In this document: piece by piece, positions 44,432 through 53,372 of the stretch | How the letters are laid out: each line of letters begins with the position of its first letter | How positions within the stretch are numbered: the first letter of the stretch is position 1 | Assembly (NCBI GenBank): GCA_030682655.1 | Contig: JAUXNU010000144.1 | Span: forward strand, 27,991 to 91,990 | DNA length: 64,000 nt | Origin: Actinomycetota bacterium | GTDB taxonomy: Bacteria > Actinomycetota > Coriobacteriia > Anaerosomatales > JAUXNU01 | Direction: 5' to 3' | Position numbers and translations under genes: made by a program | Notes under the pieces: model-generated | The model's database searches: none | What the model was told of the DNA's origin: nothing | Seen by the model: only the letters and a program-made list of their open reading frames with translations

Positions 44432-44626
44432 TTGCCTACGTATGACCTGCAGTGTCAGGATTGTCGGGAGCGGTTCGAGTTGTTCGTCCCGCGCCTGATC
44501 CGGGACGAGGACAAGATCTGTCCGCGTTGTGGTTCGGATCGTGTGAAGACCGGCGTAGGCGGCGGGCTCCTTGGCCGGGGTACCAGGGCGACGAATCCCT
44601 CGTGCGGCACAGGGGGATTCACGTGA
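44432..44626 (+). CDS. FmdB-family zinc-ribbon protein
   Basis: The sequence MPTYDLQCQDC..ICPRCGS has the family-typical MP.Y.Y.C..C start, two CxxC pairs and a Gly-rich tail ending in C..GG. The start codon is TTG. Confidence 0.75.
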   Translation: MPTYDLQCQDCRERFELFVPRLIRDEDKICPRCGSDRVKTGVGGGLLGRGTRATNPSCGTGGFT

Positions 44627-44670
44627 GGATGAGCTAGGCCCTTCGGACGAAGGGCAGACGAGGCGGCTCT

Positions 44671-45042
44671 GTGGAATACGCCTACAAACGTGTTGGGACC
44701 ATGAACTTCACCAAGACGATCGAAGCCGTGGAGCGATCAGCTCGCGACCACGGCTTCGATGTGCTTCACTACCACGACATCACAGCGGCGCTCGCCGCCA
44801 AGGGGTTTCCGATTCGTCCGCTTGCGATCTTCGAGATCGCTCCTGCGGGCGTGGAGCTGGAAGTGCCGGTCTCCCTGCTCATGCCATGCCGGGTCAACGT
44901 TTACGAGCAGGATTCGGAAGTCGTCATCGCCGCGCTCCGGCCTACGCTCTTCAGTGCTGTCTACCCCGAGCACGGACTCGACGAGATAGCTCTCGAGTTC
45001 GAGAAGGCCGTGGTAGCGGTCGTGGACGGAGCGGTTGGCTGA
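44671..45042 (+). CDS. DUF302 domain protein
   Basis: Its size (about 120 aa) and pattern (..FTKTIEAVERSARDHGFDV..HDI......KG......AIFEI..P..) fit DUF302. Confidence 0.7.
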   Translation: MEYAYKRVGTMNFTKTIEAVERSARDHGFDVLHYHDITAALAAKGFPIRPLAIFEIAPAGVELEVPVSLLMPCRVNVYEQDSEVVIAALRPTLFSAVYPEHGLDEIALEFEKAVVAVVDGAVG

Positions 45043-45051
45043 CCGTTCCGT

Positions 45052-45348
45052 CTACTGGACGCACGACGAGTACTTGAGGAACACGGCGATTGCATCGTCG
45101 ATCAGCTCGTCCCGGGTCTTGTCAGTGTCATCGATCAGGCAGCGCTTCATCGAGTGCCCGATGATGTGCATCCCGACCTGATTGAGTGCCGACTTGGCCG
45201 CCATGATCTGGGTGAGGACGGCCTCACATTCCTTCTCGGACTCGATCATTGTCTGCAGGCCGCGAATCTGACCTTCGAGACGTTTGAGACGGTTGATGAT
45301 GCGCCGGCGCTCGCTGTCGTCGGGGATGGTTGCGGAGATGTCAGCCAT
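45052..45348 (-). CDS. CsoR/RcnR-family metal- or persulfide-sensing transcriptional repressor
   Basis: The sequence is RRRIINRLKRLEGQIRGLQTMIESEKECEAVLTQIMAAKSALNQVGMHIIGHSMKRC. I chose the start at MADIS (ATG, complement of 45348-45346). The 88-codon upstream extension in the ORF track is non-homologous. Confidence 0.85.
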   Translation of the reverse strand: MADISATIPDDSERRRIINRLKRLEGQIRGLQTMIESEKECEAVLTQIMAAKSALNQVGMHIIGHSMKRCLIDDTDKTRDELIDDAIAVFLKYSSCVQ

Positions 45349-45400
45349 TGGTCGCTCCCGGTCTTTGGATTGCGGTATTATTGGGCGTTGCCTGTAGGAT

Positions 45401-45420
45401 AATATACCCCCTGGGGGTAT
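45401..45420 (-). promoter_or_regulatory. CsoR-type operator fused to a TATATT -10, in the csoR/CDF divergent region
   Basis: The minus strand reads ATACCCCCAGGGGGTATATT. The plus-strand 17-mer ATACCCCCTGGGGGTAT (45404-45420) is a perfect palindrome. It lies 55 nt upstream of the csoR ATG and 25 nt upstream of the CDF ATG. Confidence 0.65.
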
Positions 45421-45444
45421 GCCACACAACCGTGCGGGAGAACC

Positions 45445-46392
45445 ATGGGCTATCGCAGGGAGGAAGGTGCAGGGGCGGGAGCGTCGCCCAGGGTACGCCG
45501 GATCAGGCGGATCCTGTGGGCGATTCTCGTCCTGAACCTCGCGGTCGCCGTCGCGAAGATGGCCTGGGGGTATGTCACGGGCTCGGTGGCGATGCAGGCA
45601 GACGGCTTCCATTCACTGTTTGACGGCGCTTCGAACGTCGTGGGACTTGTTGGGATGTACGTCGCCGGCCGGCCCGCCGACCGCGAGCACCCCTACGGCC
45701 ACGGCAAGTTCGAGACGTATGCATCAGCGGCCATCGGCGCGATGCTCGCATTGGCTGCATACCGCGTGGGCAGCAGTGCCATCCATGCGCTCGTTGACGG
45801 TGGCGCACCGCCCCGCGTCGACGCGGTGTCCTTCGGGATCATGATCGGCACGCTCGCTGTCAACATCGGTGTCACGACGTATGAGCGTCGCGTGGGACGC
45901 AAGCTCGGTAGCGAGATTCTCGTCGCGGACGCAAGCCATACGGGAAGCGATGTTCTCGTGAGTCTCGGCGTTATCGCTGGGCTGGTGGCCGTGCGTCTCG
46001 GCTTCCCGATCGCCGACCCGATCATCGCGCTCGGGGTATCCGTAGCGATCGCATACACCGCATGGGCGGTCTTTCGACAGGCCAATGAGACCCTGTCGGA
46101 CAGCGCCCGCATCGACCCGGGAGAGATTTGCGGAGCGGCCTGCCTGGTCGAAGGTGTCCTTGGCTGCCACAGTGTCCGGACGCGCGGTTCGGAGTCGGAG
46201 GTCTACGTCGATCTGCATATCCAGGTCGACCCGTCGTCTACTGTCAAGGAAGGACATGCCGTGGCCGAGGAGGTCGAGCGCGCAGTCTGCGTGGCCTTCC
46301 CTTCGGTGGTCGACGTGATAGCGCACCTGGAGCCTCTCGACGAATACCAGGCGTCAAAGACCGCCGAGGAGATCGATGCCGGTCTCGTCTGA
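45445..46392 (+). CDS. cation diffusion facilitator (CDF) family divalent-metal efflux protein
   Basis: Six TM helices carry the CDF metal-site motifs (GSVAMQADGFHSLFDGASN; ADASHTGSDVLVS) and a C-terminal cytoplasmic domain. The RBS is GGGAGAA. Confidence 0.85.
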   Translation: MGYRREEGAGAGASPRVRRIRRILWAILVLNLAVAVAKMAWGYVTGSVAMQADGFHSLFDGASNVVGLVGMYVAGRPADREHPYGHGKFETYASAAIGAMLALAAYRVGSSAIHALVDGGAPPRVDAVSFGIMIGTLAVNIGVTTYERRVGRKLGSEILVADASHTGSDVLVSLGVIAGLVAVRLGFPIADPIIALGVSVAIAYTAWAVFRQANETLSDSARIDPGEICGAACLVEGVLGCHSVRTRGSESEVYVDLHIQVDPSSTVKEGHAVAEEVERAVCVAFPSVVDVIAHLEPLDEYQASKTAEEIDAGLV

Positions 46393-47350
46393 TCAACCCT
46401 CGCACGCCTGGAAGGGCTACGCTCTTGCCGTGTTGGCTGCTGCGAGCTGGGCCACCGGCGGGCTCACGGCGAAGTGGCTCTTCAGTCCGCTTGACGCCAC
46501 GACGTCGGCGTGGCCGCTTCCTCCACTCGGAATGCAGATCGATCCAGCCGTTCTGTCGGGAGCCCGTGCTCTGACGGCCTTTGCGTTGCTTGCCGCGTAT
46601 CTCGTGTTTCACAGACCGGGCGAGATCCGGGTGTCCATCCGGGAGGTGCCGTTTCTTGCCGTCTTCGGGGTCTTCGGTCTCGCGGCGGTCCACTTCACCT
46701 ACTTCAAGGCGATCTCCTACACGAACGTCGCCACGGCGATTCTGCTGGAGTACCTGGCGCCTGTGATCGTGTTGGTCTTCTCCGTGGCTTTCCTCGGTGA
46801 GCGTCTGACGTGGTCGCTCCCCGCCGGTGTGGCACTTTCGATAACGGGGTGTGCGTTGGTCGTGGGCGCAGCATCACCCGGTGGCATAGTCGTGTCGGTC
46901 CGGGGCGTCGCGTGGGGTCTGGCCGCCGCGGCGTTCTTCGCCCTTTACTCTCTCCTCGGAAAGCACGCCGCAGGGCGATTCTCGCCCTGGAGACTACTTG
47001 TCTTTGGGCTCGGGTTCGCGACGCTGTTCTGGGTCATCTACTTGCGCGGTGTCACCGCGATCTTCGGGGCCATGTCGTCTCCGGGCGGAGCAGCGTCAAT
47101 CGTGTACGTGGCGGTCGTGAGCACGATCGTTCCGTTCTCGGCTTTCCTCAAGGCGTTGCACTATATCGATGCAACCCGGGCGACTGTGACCGCCACTCTG
47201 GAGCCCGTGATAGCGGGAATCGCCGCATGGTTGCTCCTCGGCGAGACCTTCGACGGCACGCAGCTTGCCGGAGGCGCGTTCGTCATGTGCGCGATTCTGC
47301 TTGTTCAGCGCACGGGACACGCTAGGGAGTCGCTGCCGCCAGCCACGTAG
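46376..47350 (+). CDS. EamA/DMT-family transporter
   Basis: Ten TM helices form two EamA repeats. Its start overlaps the CDF gene by 17 nt. Confidence 0.8.
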   Translation: MPVSSDQPSHAWKGYALAVLAAASWATGGLTAKWLFSPLDATTSAWPLPPLGMQIDPAVLSGARALTAFALLAAYLVFHRPGEIRVSIREVPFLAVFGVFGLAAVHFTYFKAISYTNVATAILLEYLAPVIVLVFSVAFLGERLTWSLPAGVALSITGCALVVGAASPGGIVVSVRGVAWGLAAAAFFALYSLLGKHAAGRFSPWRLLVFGLGFATLFWVIYLRGVTAIFGAMSSPGGAASIVYVAVVSTIVPFSAFLKALHYIDATRATVTATLEPVIAGIAAWLLLGETFDGTQLAGGAFVMCAILLVQRTGHARESLPPAT

Positions 47351-47391
47351 GAGACCCGGTCCCGTGGGGCCGCGGCAAGGTCCGCGCAGAG

Positions 47392-47407
47392 TGGTATATA
47401 GTTTGCT
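47392..47407 (+). promoter_or_regulatory. promoter upstream of rpoN, readable as an extended -10 (TGGTATATA) or as a sigma-54 -24/-12 element (TGGTAT-N5-TTGCT)
   Basis: In TGGTATATAGTTTGCT the GG and GC are spaced exactly as in TGGCAC-N5-TTGC. The first 9 nt also match the TGnTAYACT housekeeping-type motif seen elsewhere in the window. Confidence 0.4.
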
Positions 47408-47463
47408 AGGGCGCGGTATTTCCTCGGCGCCCGCAGGTGCGGATCACCCCCCGGAGGAGCACC

Positions 47464-48861
47464 GTGGAGCTCGGTCAGCGACCAGAACTGCGACAGAAGG
47501 TCACCCTGTCGCCTCAGGTCTACCAGGGACTGAGTATTCTGGCGATGCCCATCGCCGATCTCGAGCTTCTCGTGGAGGCGGAGATGCTGGAGAATCCACT
47601 CCTCGAGGTCGACGAGCTCGAGTCGGAACCCGATGAGATGGAAGACGAGCGCGTGGAGTCGGCCGAGGAAGAACGAGCCTGGGACGATTGGCTCGAGATG
47701 TACGACGAGCTCGAGTCCATGGACACCTCGGCCCCCCGGGATCCCAATGCCGAAGCGCCCAATACCGAGGAGTACGTCGGCGGCGTTCTCTCATTCAGCG
47801 ACTACCTGATAGACCAGGTGGCACTACTCGATACTCCCGACGATGTCAGCCGTGCGGCGCGCGCAGTGATCGGCTTGCTTGATGGCGATGGTTTCTTCGA
47901 GGGGGATTGCGCGGAGATAGCCGCGCTCGCCGGTGTTTCGGGCGAGTCAGCGGAGCAGGGTCTTGGCGTCGTTCAACAACTCGATCCCCCCGGCGTCGGG
48001 GCCAGGAATGTGATCGAGGCCCTGATGATTCAATCGGCGTACCTGGGTCTTGAGGAGCCTCTGCTCGAGCGGCTGATCCGTTCGCATCTCGATGACGTCG
48101 CGGCGAGCCACTTCCGCAAGATCTCTCGTGCACTGCGTGTCGACGAGCGGGAGATATGGCGGCTCGTCGACGTGCTGAAGACATTGAACCCTCGTCCGGC
48201 AGGTGCGTTCTCGCCCGGCCCGTCGCCCGGGTACATCGTTCCGGACGTGACTCTGCGTCGCTTCGACGACGAGTGGCTCATCGTTTCGAACAACGAGTCC
48301 ATCCCGACCCTACGCGTCAGTCCGAAGTACCGCTCCATGTTGCGTTCCGGCTCAACAGCCGACGAAGACACCAGACGCTACCTTCGCGAGAAGATTCGGT
48401 CGGCCGAGAGCTTCATCAAGAACATCGACCGCCGCAAGGACACGGTGAGCAGGATCATCCGCATCATCCTGGAGGTTCAGGATGAGTTCTTCAAGGACGG
48501 TAGGGGCGATTTGAGGCCGTTGCGTCTCGAAGACGTGGCGGTCGAATTGGGGGTCCACCTCTCGACCGTCAGTCGTGGAGTGACGGCCAAGTACATGGCG
48601 ACCCCGTATGGGCTATTCGAGCTCAAGCACTTCTTCAGCGGTGGGTATCGGACGCGGCAAGGCGTAGATGTCTCTTCGACAAGCATCAAGCAGCACCTCA
48701 AGGGCATTGTGACCGCCGAAGACCCCAACCACCCGTTCTCGGATCAGAGACTCGCTGAGACGCTTTCCGACGAAGGCGTTCAGGTGGCTCGCAGGACGGT
48801 CGCGAAGTACCGGGAGGAACTCGGAATCGAGCCCTCGTGGGCGCGGAAGAGGCGACCGTGA
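47464..48861 (+). CDS. rpoN: RNA polymerase sigma-54 factor
   Basis: Region I (LRQKVTLSPQVYQGLSILAMPIADLELLVEAEMLENPLLEV), the HTH (LSTVSRGVTAKY) and the RpoN box (ARRTVAKYREELGI) are present. GTG 47464 lies 4 nt after GGAGGAG and was preferred over 47437. Confidence 0.9.
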   Translation: MELGQRPELRQKVTLSPQVYQGLSILAMPIADLELLVEAEMLENPLLEVDELESEPDEMEDERVESAEEERAWDDWLEMYDELESMDTSAPRDPNAEAPNTEEYVGGVLSFSDYLIDQVALLDTPDDVSRAARAVIGLLDGDGFFEGDCAEIAALAGVSGESAEQGLGVVQQLDPPGVGARNVIEALMIQSAYLGLEEPLLERLIRSHLDDVAASHFRKISRALRVDEREIWRLVDVLKTLNPRPAGAFSPGPSPGYIVPDVTLRRFDDEWLIVSNNESIPTLRVSPKYRSMLRSGSTADEDTRRYLREKIRSAESFIKNIDRRKDTVSRIIRIILEVQDEFFKDGRGDLRPLRLEDVAVELGVHLSTVSRGVTAKYMATPYGLFELKHFFSGGYRTRQGVDVSSTSIKQHLKGIVTAEDPNHPFSDQRLAETLSDEGVQVARRTVAKYREELGIEPSWARKRRP

Positions 48862-50396
48862 GCGAACCCACGACGACATTGAAGCCCGGTGCGGAGAATC
48901 CCAACGGAACCCGGAGGGCAACCCGCAACAGAGCGGTCCGTGCGGTTGGCCTTGTGGCCGCGATGCTTGTCGCCGTCACCGTGCTCCATCTCTTCACGGC
49001 TGTTAGCGGCGGCAACACCATGATTCATCTGCTCTACCGGCGGCTGTACTACATTCCGATTCTCTATGCGGCGTTCGTGTTCGGGAAGCGGGGTGGCCTT
49101 CTCGCGGCTCTTGGGGCCTCGACACCTTTCGCGCTGCACGCACAGGTGTCACTCGGTGGCTTGTTCGGGGCGCATGCGGATAACACGTATGAGGTGGTGA
49201 TGTACTTCGCCATGGGAGTGCTGTTCGGTACTCTTCGCGACATGGAGGAACGCAAGACTCACGACCTCCGACAGGTGAGTCTGCGCCTTGAGGATGCGTA
49301 CAAGAAGCTTGAGGAGCGCGCGATTCAGCTCATCAACATCCAGGACTACACGCAATCCATCCTGCGTTCGATCACCTCCGGTGTCTTGACGGTGGGTCCG
49401 GATGGATCTGTGACGACGGTGAACCCGGCTGCCGAGCGCATGCTGGGCATCTCCGAGTACGAGATGGTTCCCAAGCCGATCGGCGCCGTCCTGAAGGACG
49501 ACGGGGGGTTGTCCGCCGATGTCGAGAAGGTGCTGTCAGGACGCCTTCCCCTGACGTTGCGGGAGGTCAAGGTTGTCACGCAGTCTGACAAGACCATTCA
49601 TGTCCAGGCTTCCACCTCCCGTATGCGCGCCGTCGGAGGTCGCATCCTTGGCGCCGTTGTGACTGTCGAAGACATCTCGGAGGTCAAGAGCCTCACGGAG
49701 CAGCTGATCCGTGCCGACCGTCTGGCGGCAATGGGTGAGTTGACAGCGGGCGTGGCTCACGAGGTGCGCAACCCCCTCGGGATCATCCGGGCGTCCGTAC
49801 AGCTTCTCGAAGAGAGCAAGTGCGACGAGGACCGAATCCGTGAGGCTGCCGGCGTGATCAAGCAGGAGATCGATCGGTTGGACAAGGTGATCAAGGCCTT
49901 GCTGGACTTCGGGAGGCCGAGCAAGCCGACGTTCGTCGAGACCGATGTCGAGAGCGTGCTGAGTGATGTGGTTCTCTTCACCAAGCGGTTTGCGAAACAG
50001 GCTGACGTGGCGATCGAAGAGCACTTCTCGGCCAGCCTCCCTCTTGTCCATGCCGATCCCGATCAGTTGAAGCAGGTGTTCCTGAATCTCGTGACCAATG
50101 CAGTCCAGGTAATGGAGGAATCCGGGGGGACTATCGCAATCGAGACTGGCCATGTGCCGGGCTACGTCTTCGTCACCGTGTCAGATACCGGGCCCGGCAT
50201 TTCGGAAGCATCCCTCGGCAAGGTGTTCGATCCCTTCTTCTCCACGCGCGACGAAGGCACCGGTCTTGGACTGACGATGGTACACAGAATCATCGACGAG
50301 CATGATGGGCATATCGAAGTGGGGAGCGGGTCAGACGGAACCGTGTTTCGCGTGTCACTTCCCGTGGCGGCCCACAACGACATTGATGAGGAGTGA
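48858..50396 (+). CDS. sensor histidine kinase (membrane domain - PAS - HisKA - HATPase), NtrB/AtoS-like
   Basis: It has the H-box GVAHEVRNPLG, the N-box LNLVTNAVQ, and G-boxes DTGPGI and GTGLGL. GTG 48858 overlaps the rpoN stop; GTG 48837 is an alternative start. Confidence 0.85.
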   Translation: MSEPTTTLKPGAENPNGTRRATRNRAVRAVGLVAAMLVAVTVLHLFTAVSGGNTMIHLLYRRLYYIPILYAAFVFGKRGGLLAALGASTPFALHAQVSLGGLFGAHADNTYEVVMYFAMGVLFGTLRDMEERKTHDLRQVSLRLEDAYKKLEERAIQLINIQDYTQSILRSITSGVLTVGPDGSVTTVNPAAERMLGISEYEMVPKPIGAVLKDDGGLSADVEKVLSGRLPLTLREVKVVTQSDKTIHVQASTSRMRAVGGRILGAVVTVEDISEVKSLTEQLIRADRLAAMGELTAGVAHEVRNPLGIIRASVQLLEESKCDEDRIREAAGVIKQEIDRLDKVIKALLDFGRPSKPTFVETDVESVLSDVVLFTKRFAKQADVAIEEHFSASLPLVHADPDQLKQVFLNLVTNAVQVMEESGGTIAIETGHVPGYVFVTVSDTGPGISEASLGKVFDPFFSTRDEGTGLGLTMVHRIIDEHDGHIEVGSGSDGTVFRVSLPVAAHNDIDEE

Positions 50397-50399
50397 CAA

Positions 50400-51749
50400 A
50401 TGAAGCAGCGCGTGCTGATCGTCGATGACGAGAAGAACATGCGTTGGGTGCTCGCCCAAGCGCTGGAGGCGGTGGGTTTCGATGTGGGCCAGGCCGCGGA
50501 CGGCAAGGAAGCGCTCGCAGCCGTAGCGGACCAGGAGCCAGACATAATGGTGCTCGACCACCGCATGCCCGCTCCCGACGGCATGGAGGTGCTGCGCCGT
50601 TTGCGCGCCGAGGGCAGGACGTTCCCCGTCATCATGCTGACGGCGCATGGCAACGTGGCCACGGCAGTAGACGCGATGAAGGCCGGCGCCAACGAGTACC
50701 TGACGAAGCCGTTCGATCTCGAGGAGCTAAAGCTCGCCATCGAGAAGGCTCTCAGGTTGAGTACCCTCGCCGCCGAGGTCGAAAGGCTGCGAGAGGAGCT
50801 GGATCGCGAGTACGATGTCGAGGGCATCGTCGCTGCAGACGAACGCATGACCGGTGTTCTCGAGACGGTCCAGCGCGTTGCGCCGACCAGTGCGACGGTG
50901 ATGATCTATGGCGAGTCGGGTACCGGCAAGGAGTTGGTGGCCCGCGCGATACATGCTCTGTCCGAGCGCTCATCCAAGCCCTTCGTGTCGGTGAGCGCTG
51001 GCGCGCTTCCCGAGACACTCCTCGAAAGCGAGCTCTTTGGATTCGAGAAGGGGGCATTCACCGGCGCGATCACCGCCAAACCGGGTCGATTCGAACTCGC
51101 GAACAGTGGGACGCTGTTCCTCGACGAGGTCGGTGACATCCCTCCGTCGGTGCAGGTCAAGCTGCTTCGCGTGCTCCAGGAGCGGCAATTCGAGCGCCTC
51201 GGCGGTACGCGCACGATCGAGGTGGACGTGCGGGTAGTAGCTGCGACCAATCGCGACCTGCAGCAGCTCATCGCCGAGGACATGTTCCGCGAAGACCTCT
51301 TCTACCGGCTTAACGTCGTGCCGGTCACCCTTCCGCCCCTGCGCAAGCGTCCGGGAGACATTGCGCCGCTGGTCGCGCATTTCCTCGACAAGTACAACGC
51401 GGGTAGCCGAACCATCTCAAGTGAGGCGATGGAGGCAATGGCGGCGTACCAGTGGCCGGGTAATGTGCGCGAACTGGAGAACACGATCGAGCGGATACTG
51501 ATTCTGGCTCATGGTGACGAGATCGGTATCGGAGACTTGCCAGCAGAAGTGAGACTGGGCTCCATCGCGTGCGACAGGTCGGCAGTCGGAATCGTGCTGC
51601 CAGAAGACGGATGCAGCCTGGAAGAGGTCGAGCTAGACCTCATCCGTCAGGCGCTTGACCGTAGCGGCGGGGCCGCTCCGAAGGCGGCGAAACTATTGGG
51701 GCTGACCACCAAGACTCTTGAGGCCCGGATGGCGCGCCTGGGGTTGTGA
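50400..51749 (+). CDS. sigma-54-dependent response regulator (REC - AAA+ - Fis-type HTH), NtrC family
   Basis: It has a REC Asp (IMVLDHRMP), Walker A (GESGTGKE), the GAFTGA loop (EKGAFTGAI), Walker B (LFLDEVG) and a C-terminal HTH (AAKLLGLTTKTLEARM). Confidence 0.92.
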   Translation: MKQRVLIVDDEKNMRWVLAQALEAVGFDVGQAADGKEALAAVADQEPDIMVLDHRMPAPDGMEVLRRLRAEGRTFPVIMLTAHGNVATAVDAMKAGANEYLTKPFDLEELKLAIEKALRLSTLAAEVERLREELDREYDVEGIVAADERMTGVLETVQRVAPTSATVMIYGESGTGKELVARAIHALSERSSKPFVSVSAGALPETLLESELFGFEKGAFTGAITAKPGRFELANSGTLFLDEVGDIPPSVQVKLLRVLQERQFERLGGTRTIEVDVRVVAATNRDLQQLIAEDMFREDLFYRLNVVPVTLPPLRKRPGDIAPLVAHFLDKYNAGSRTISSEAMEAMAAYQWPGNVRELENTIERILILAHGDEIGIGDLPAEVRLGSIACDRSAVGIVLPEDGCSLEEVELDLIRQALDRSGGAAPKAAKLLGLTTKTLEARMARLGL

Positions 51750-52195
51750 TGCGCGCGACTGCCGTTCCCGTTTCTTGGCACACGCCTTGCAACTCCAGTG
51801 CTGACAGCTCGATGAACCGGGAAATCGTGGACCGCATACACCTCACACGAACGTACCTTCTTGCACCGATAGCAGTCGTCGCCACGGCGGCCGCCGCCGC
51901 GTTAGTGATCGCCATCGAGACGGGCGGCGGGATCGGTGGCTGTACGTCAACTGCTGCATTCCGGTGGTTCGTGCCGCTGCTTGCTGCTGCGGTGATCGGC
52001 GGAGTAGCGATCATGCTGCTCGAGGGCTCTCCTTCCGAGTCCGCTTCCACCGACACGCTGCAATCGGGCACGTGCGCGGTCTGCGGTTCGGCAATCATGG
52101 ATGAGTGGAAGCTCTGTCCGCATTGCGGTGCGCTTCTTGAGTGCGATGTCAGGATGCCGCTGACGGGCGCCGGATACGGAGAGCGCGAGAACTGA
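51746..52195 (+). CDS. two-TM membrane protein with C-terminal zinc-ribbon (CxxC..CxxC)
   Basis: GTG 51746 overlaps the regulator stop; ATG 51812 is an alternative start. The zinc-ribbon segment is CAVCGSAIMDEWKLCPHCG. Confidence 0.5.
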   Translation: MMRATAVPVSWHTPCNSSADSSMNREIVDRIHLTRTYLLAPIAVVATAAAAALVIAIETGGGIGGCTSTAAFRWFVPLLAAAVIGGVAIMLLEGSPSESASTDTLQSGTCAVCGSAIMDEWKLCPHCGALLECDVRMPLTGAGYGEREN

Positions 52196-52202
52196 GCCGA
52201 TC

Positions 52203-53360
52203 GTGGATGTATTCCTGCTCATGCTCGGTCTGGGACTTGTGACGAGCGTCCACTGCGTTGCGATGTGTGGAACCCTTGTGGCGACCTATGCGCTCAAGGA
52301 AGGCTCCTCAGGGCGAGTCTCACAGGGCATGACACCTCACCTGGTGTACCAGTCCGCAAAGATCCTCAGCTACGTCCTCGTGGGCTTGATTCTTGGCACA
52401 TTGGGTGAAGTCTTCGACCTGGCCGGGGTGCGCGGATGGGTGCAACTTGCCGCTGGCCTCTTCATGGTGTTGCTCGGCATCAACATGCTGGGCCGGTTCC
52501 CGCTGCTCAGGAAGCTCGCCCTGAGAACCCCGCGTGCCGTGACTGCGGCGCTCGTGCGCACGCGCAAGAAGGCCTTGGCCGAGGAGAGAGAAGACTCCCA
52601 CAACCTCGTCACGCCCGCGACCTTCGGCCTACTGACAGGCCTGATGCCCTGCGGGCCCTTGCAGGCAGCGCAGTTGTCGGCCGCAGCAACCGGTAGCGCC
52701 TTGTCGGGAGCCACAGCGATGCTCGGCTTCGGCCTCGGCGCTGCACCCTTGATGCTGGCGTTCGGCCTGGGGTCCGGCTACCTGGGATCGGCATTCAAGA
52801 AGCGTATGACTGCGGTTGCGGCCATTGCGATCATCGTGCTCGGGCTGGTGATGTTCAATCGCGGATCCATGTTGGTCGGGTCACCCTTGACGCTCCGAGC
52901 CGCGAAGCAGGCCGTCATGGGTTCGGCGGCCCGGACCGAGGCGAGTCCTGAGTATCGCGCAGGCGCCGACGGCGTCATCGAGATCGATCTGGTCATCCAG
53001 AACACCCGGTTCGTGCCCGAAACAGTCTCGGTCCCGGTTGACCGTCCGTTCAGGCTCGTCGTGGAACGCCGGGAAGACGGTGCGTGCTCCGACCAGATCG
53101 CTGTTCCGCAGGTCGGCATCCTGGCAGACCTGGCGCCCAACGGCGTCACGGCTGTCGAGTTTCCGCCAATGGGATCCGGTGCGTACACTTTGACCTGCGG
53201 AATGGGGATGATGTCCGGCAGGATCTTGGCCGGTGATGCTGCTGCCGAGGTCACGGGAACGCCGATTGTGGGCATAGCACTAGGAGCGCTACTCGTCGGC
53301 ATCTTCGGCTACGCCGCAAGTCGCAAGACACGGCCGCGAGATGGCGCGGCGCTAGGTTGA
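52203..53360 (+). CDS. DsbD_2/UreH-like membrane domain fused to a cupredoxin_1-like domain
   Basis: The membrane motifs SVHCVAMCG and GLMPCGPL are followed by the C-terminal segment IQNTRFVPETV..AYTLTCGMGMMSGRI and a final TM helix. Confidence 0.65.
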   Translation: MDVFLLMLGLGLVTSVHCVAMCGTLVATYALKEGSSGRVSQGMTPHLVYQSAKILSYVLVGLILGTLGEVFDLAGVRGWVQLAAGLFMVLLGINMLGRFPLLRKLALRTPRAVTAALVRTRKKALAEEREDSHNLVTPATFGLLTGLMPCGPLQAAQLSAAATGSALSGATAMLGFGLGAAPLMLAFGLGSGYLGSAFKKRMTAVAAIAIIVLGLVMFNRGSMLVGSPLTLRAAKQAVMGSAARTEASPEYRAGADGVIEIDLVIQNTRFVPETVSVPVDRPFRLVVERREDGACSDQIAVPQVGILADLAPNGVTAVEFPPMGSGAYTLTCGMGMMSGRILAGDAAAEVTGTPIVGIALGALLVGIFGYAASRKTRPRDGAALG

Positions 53361-53372
53361 TCGCCACGGAGT

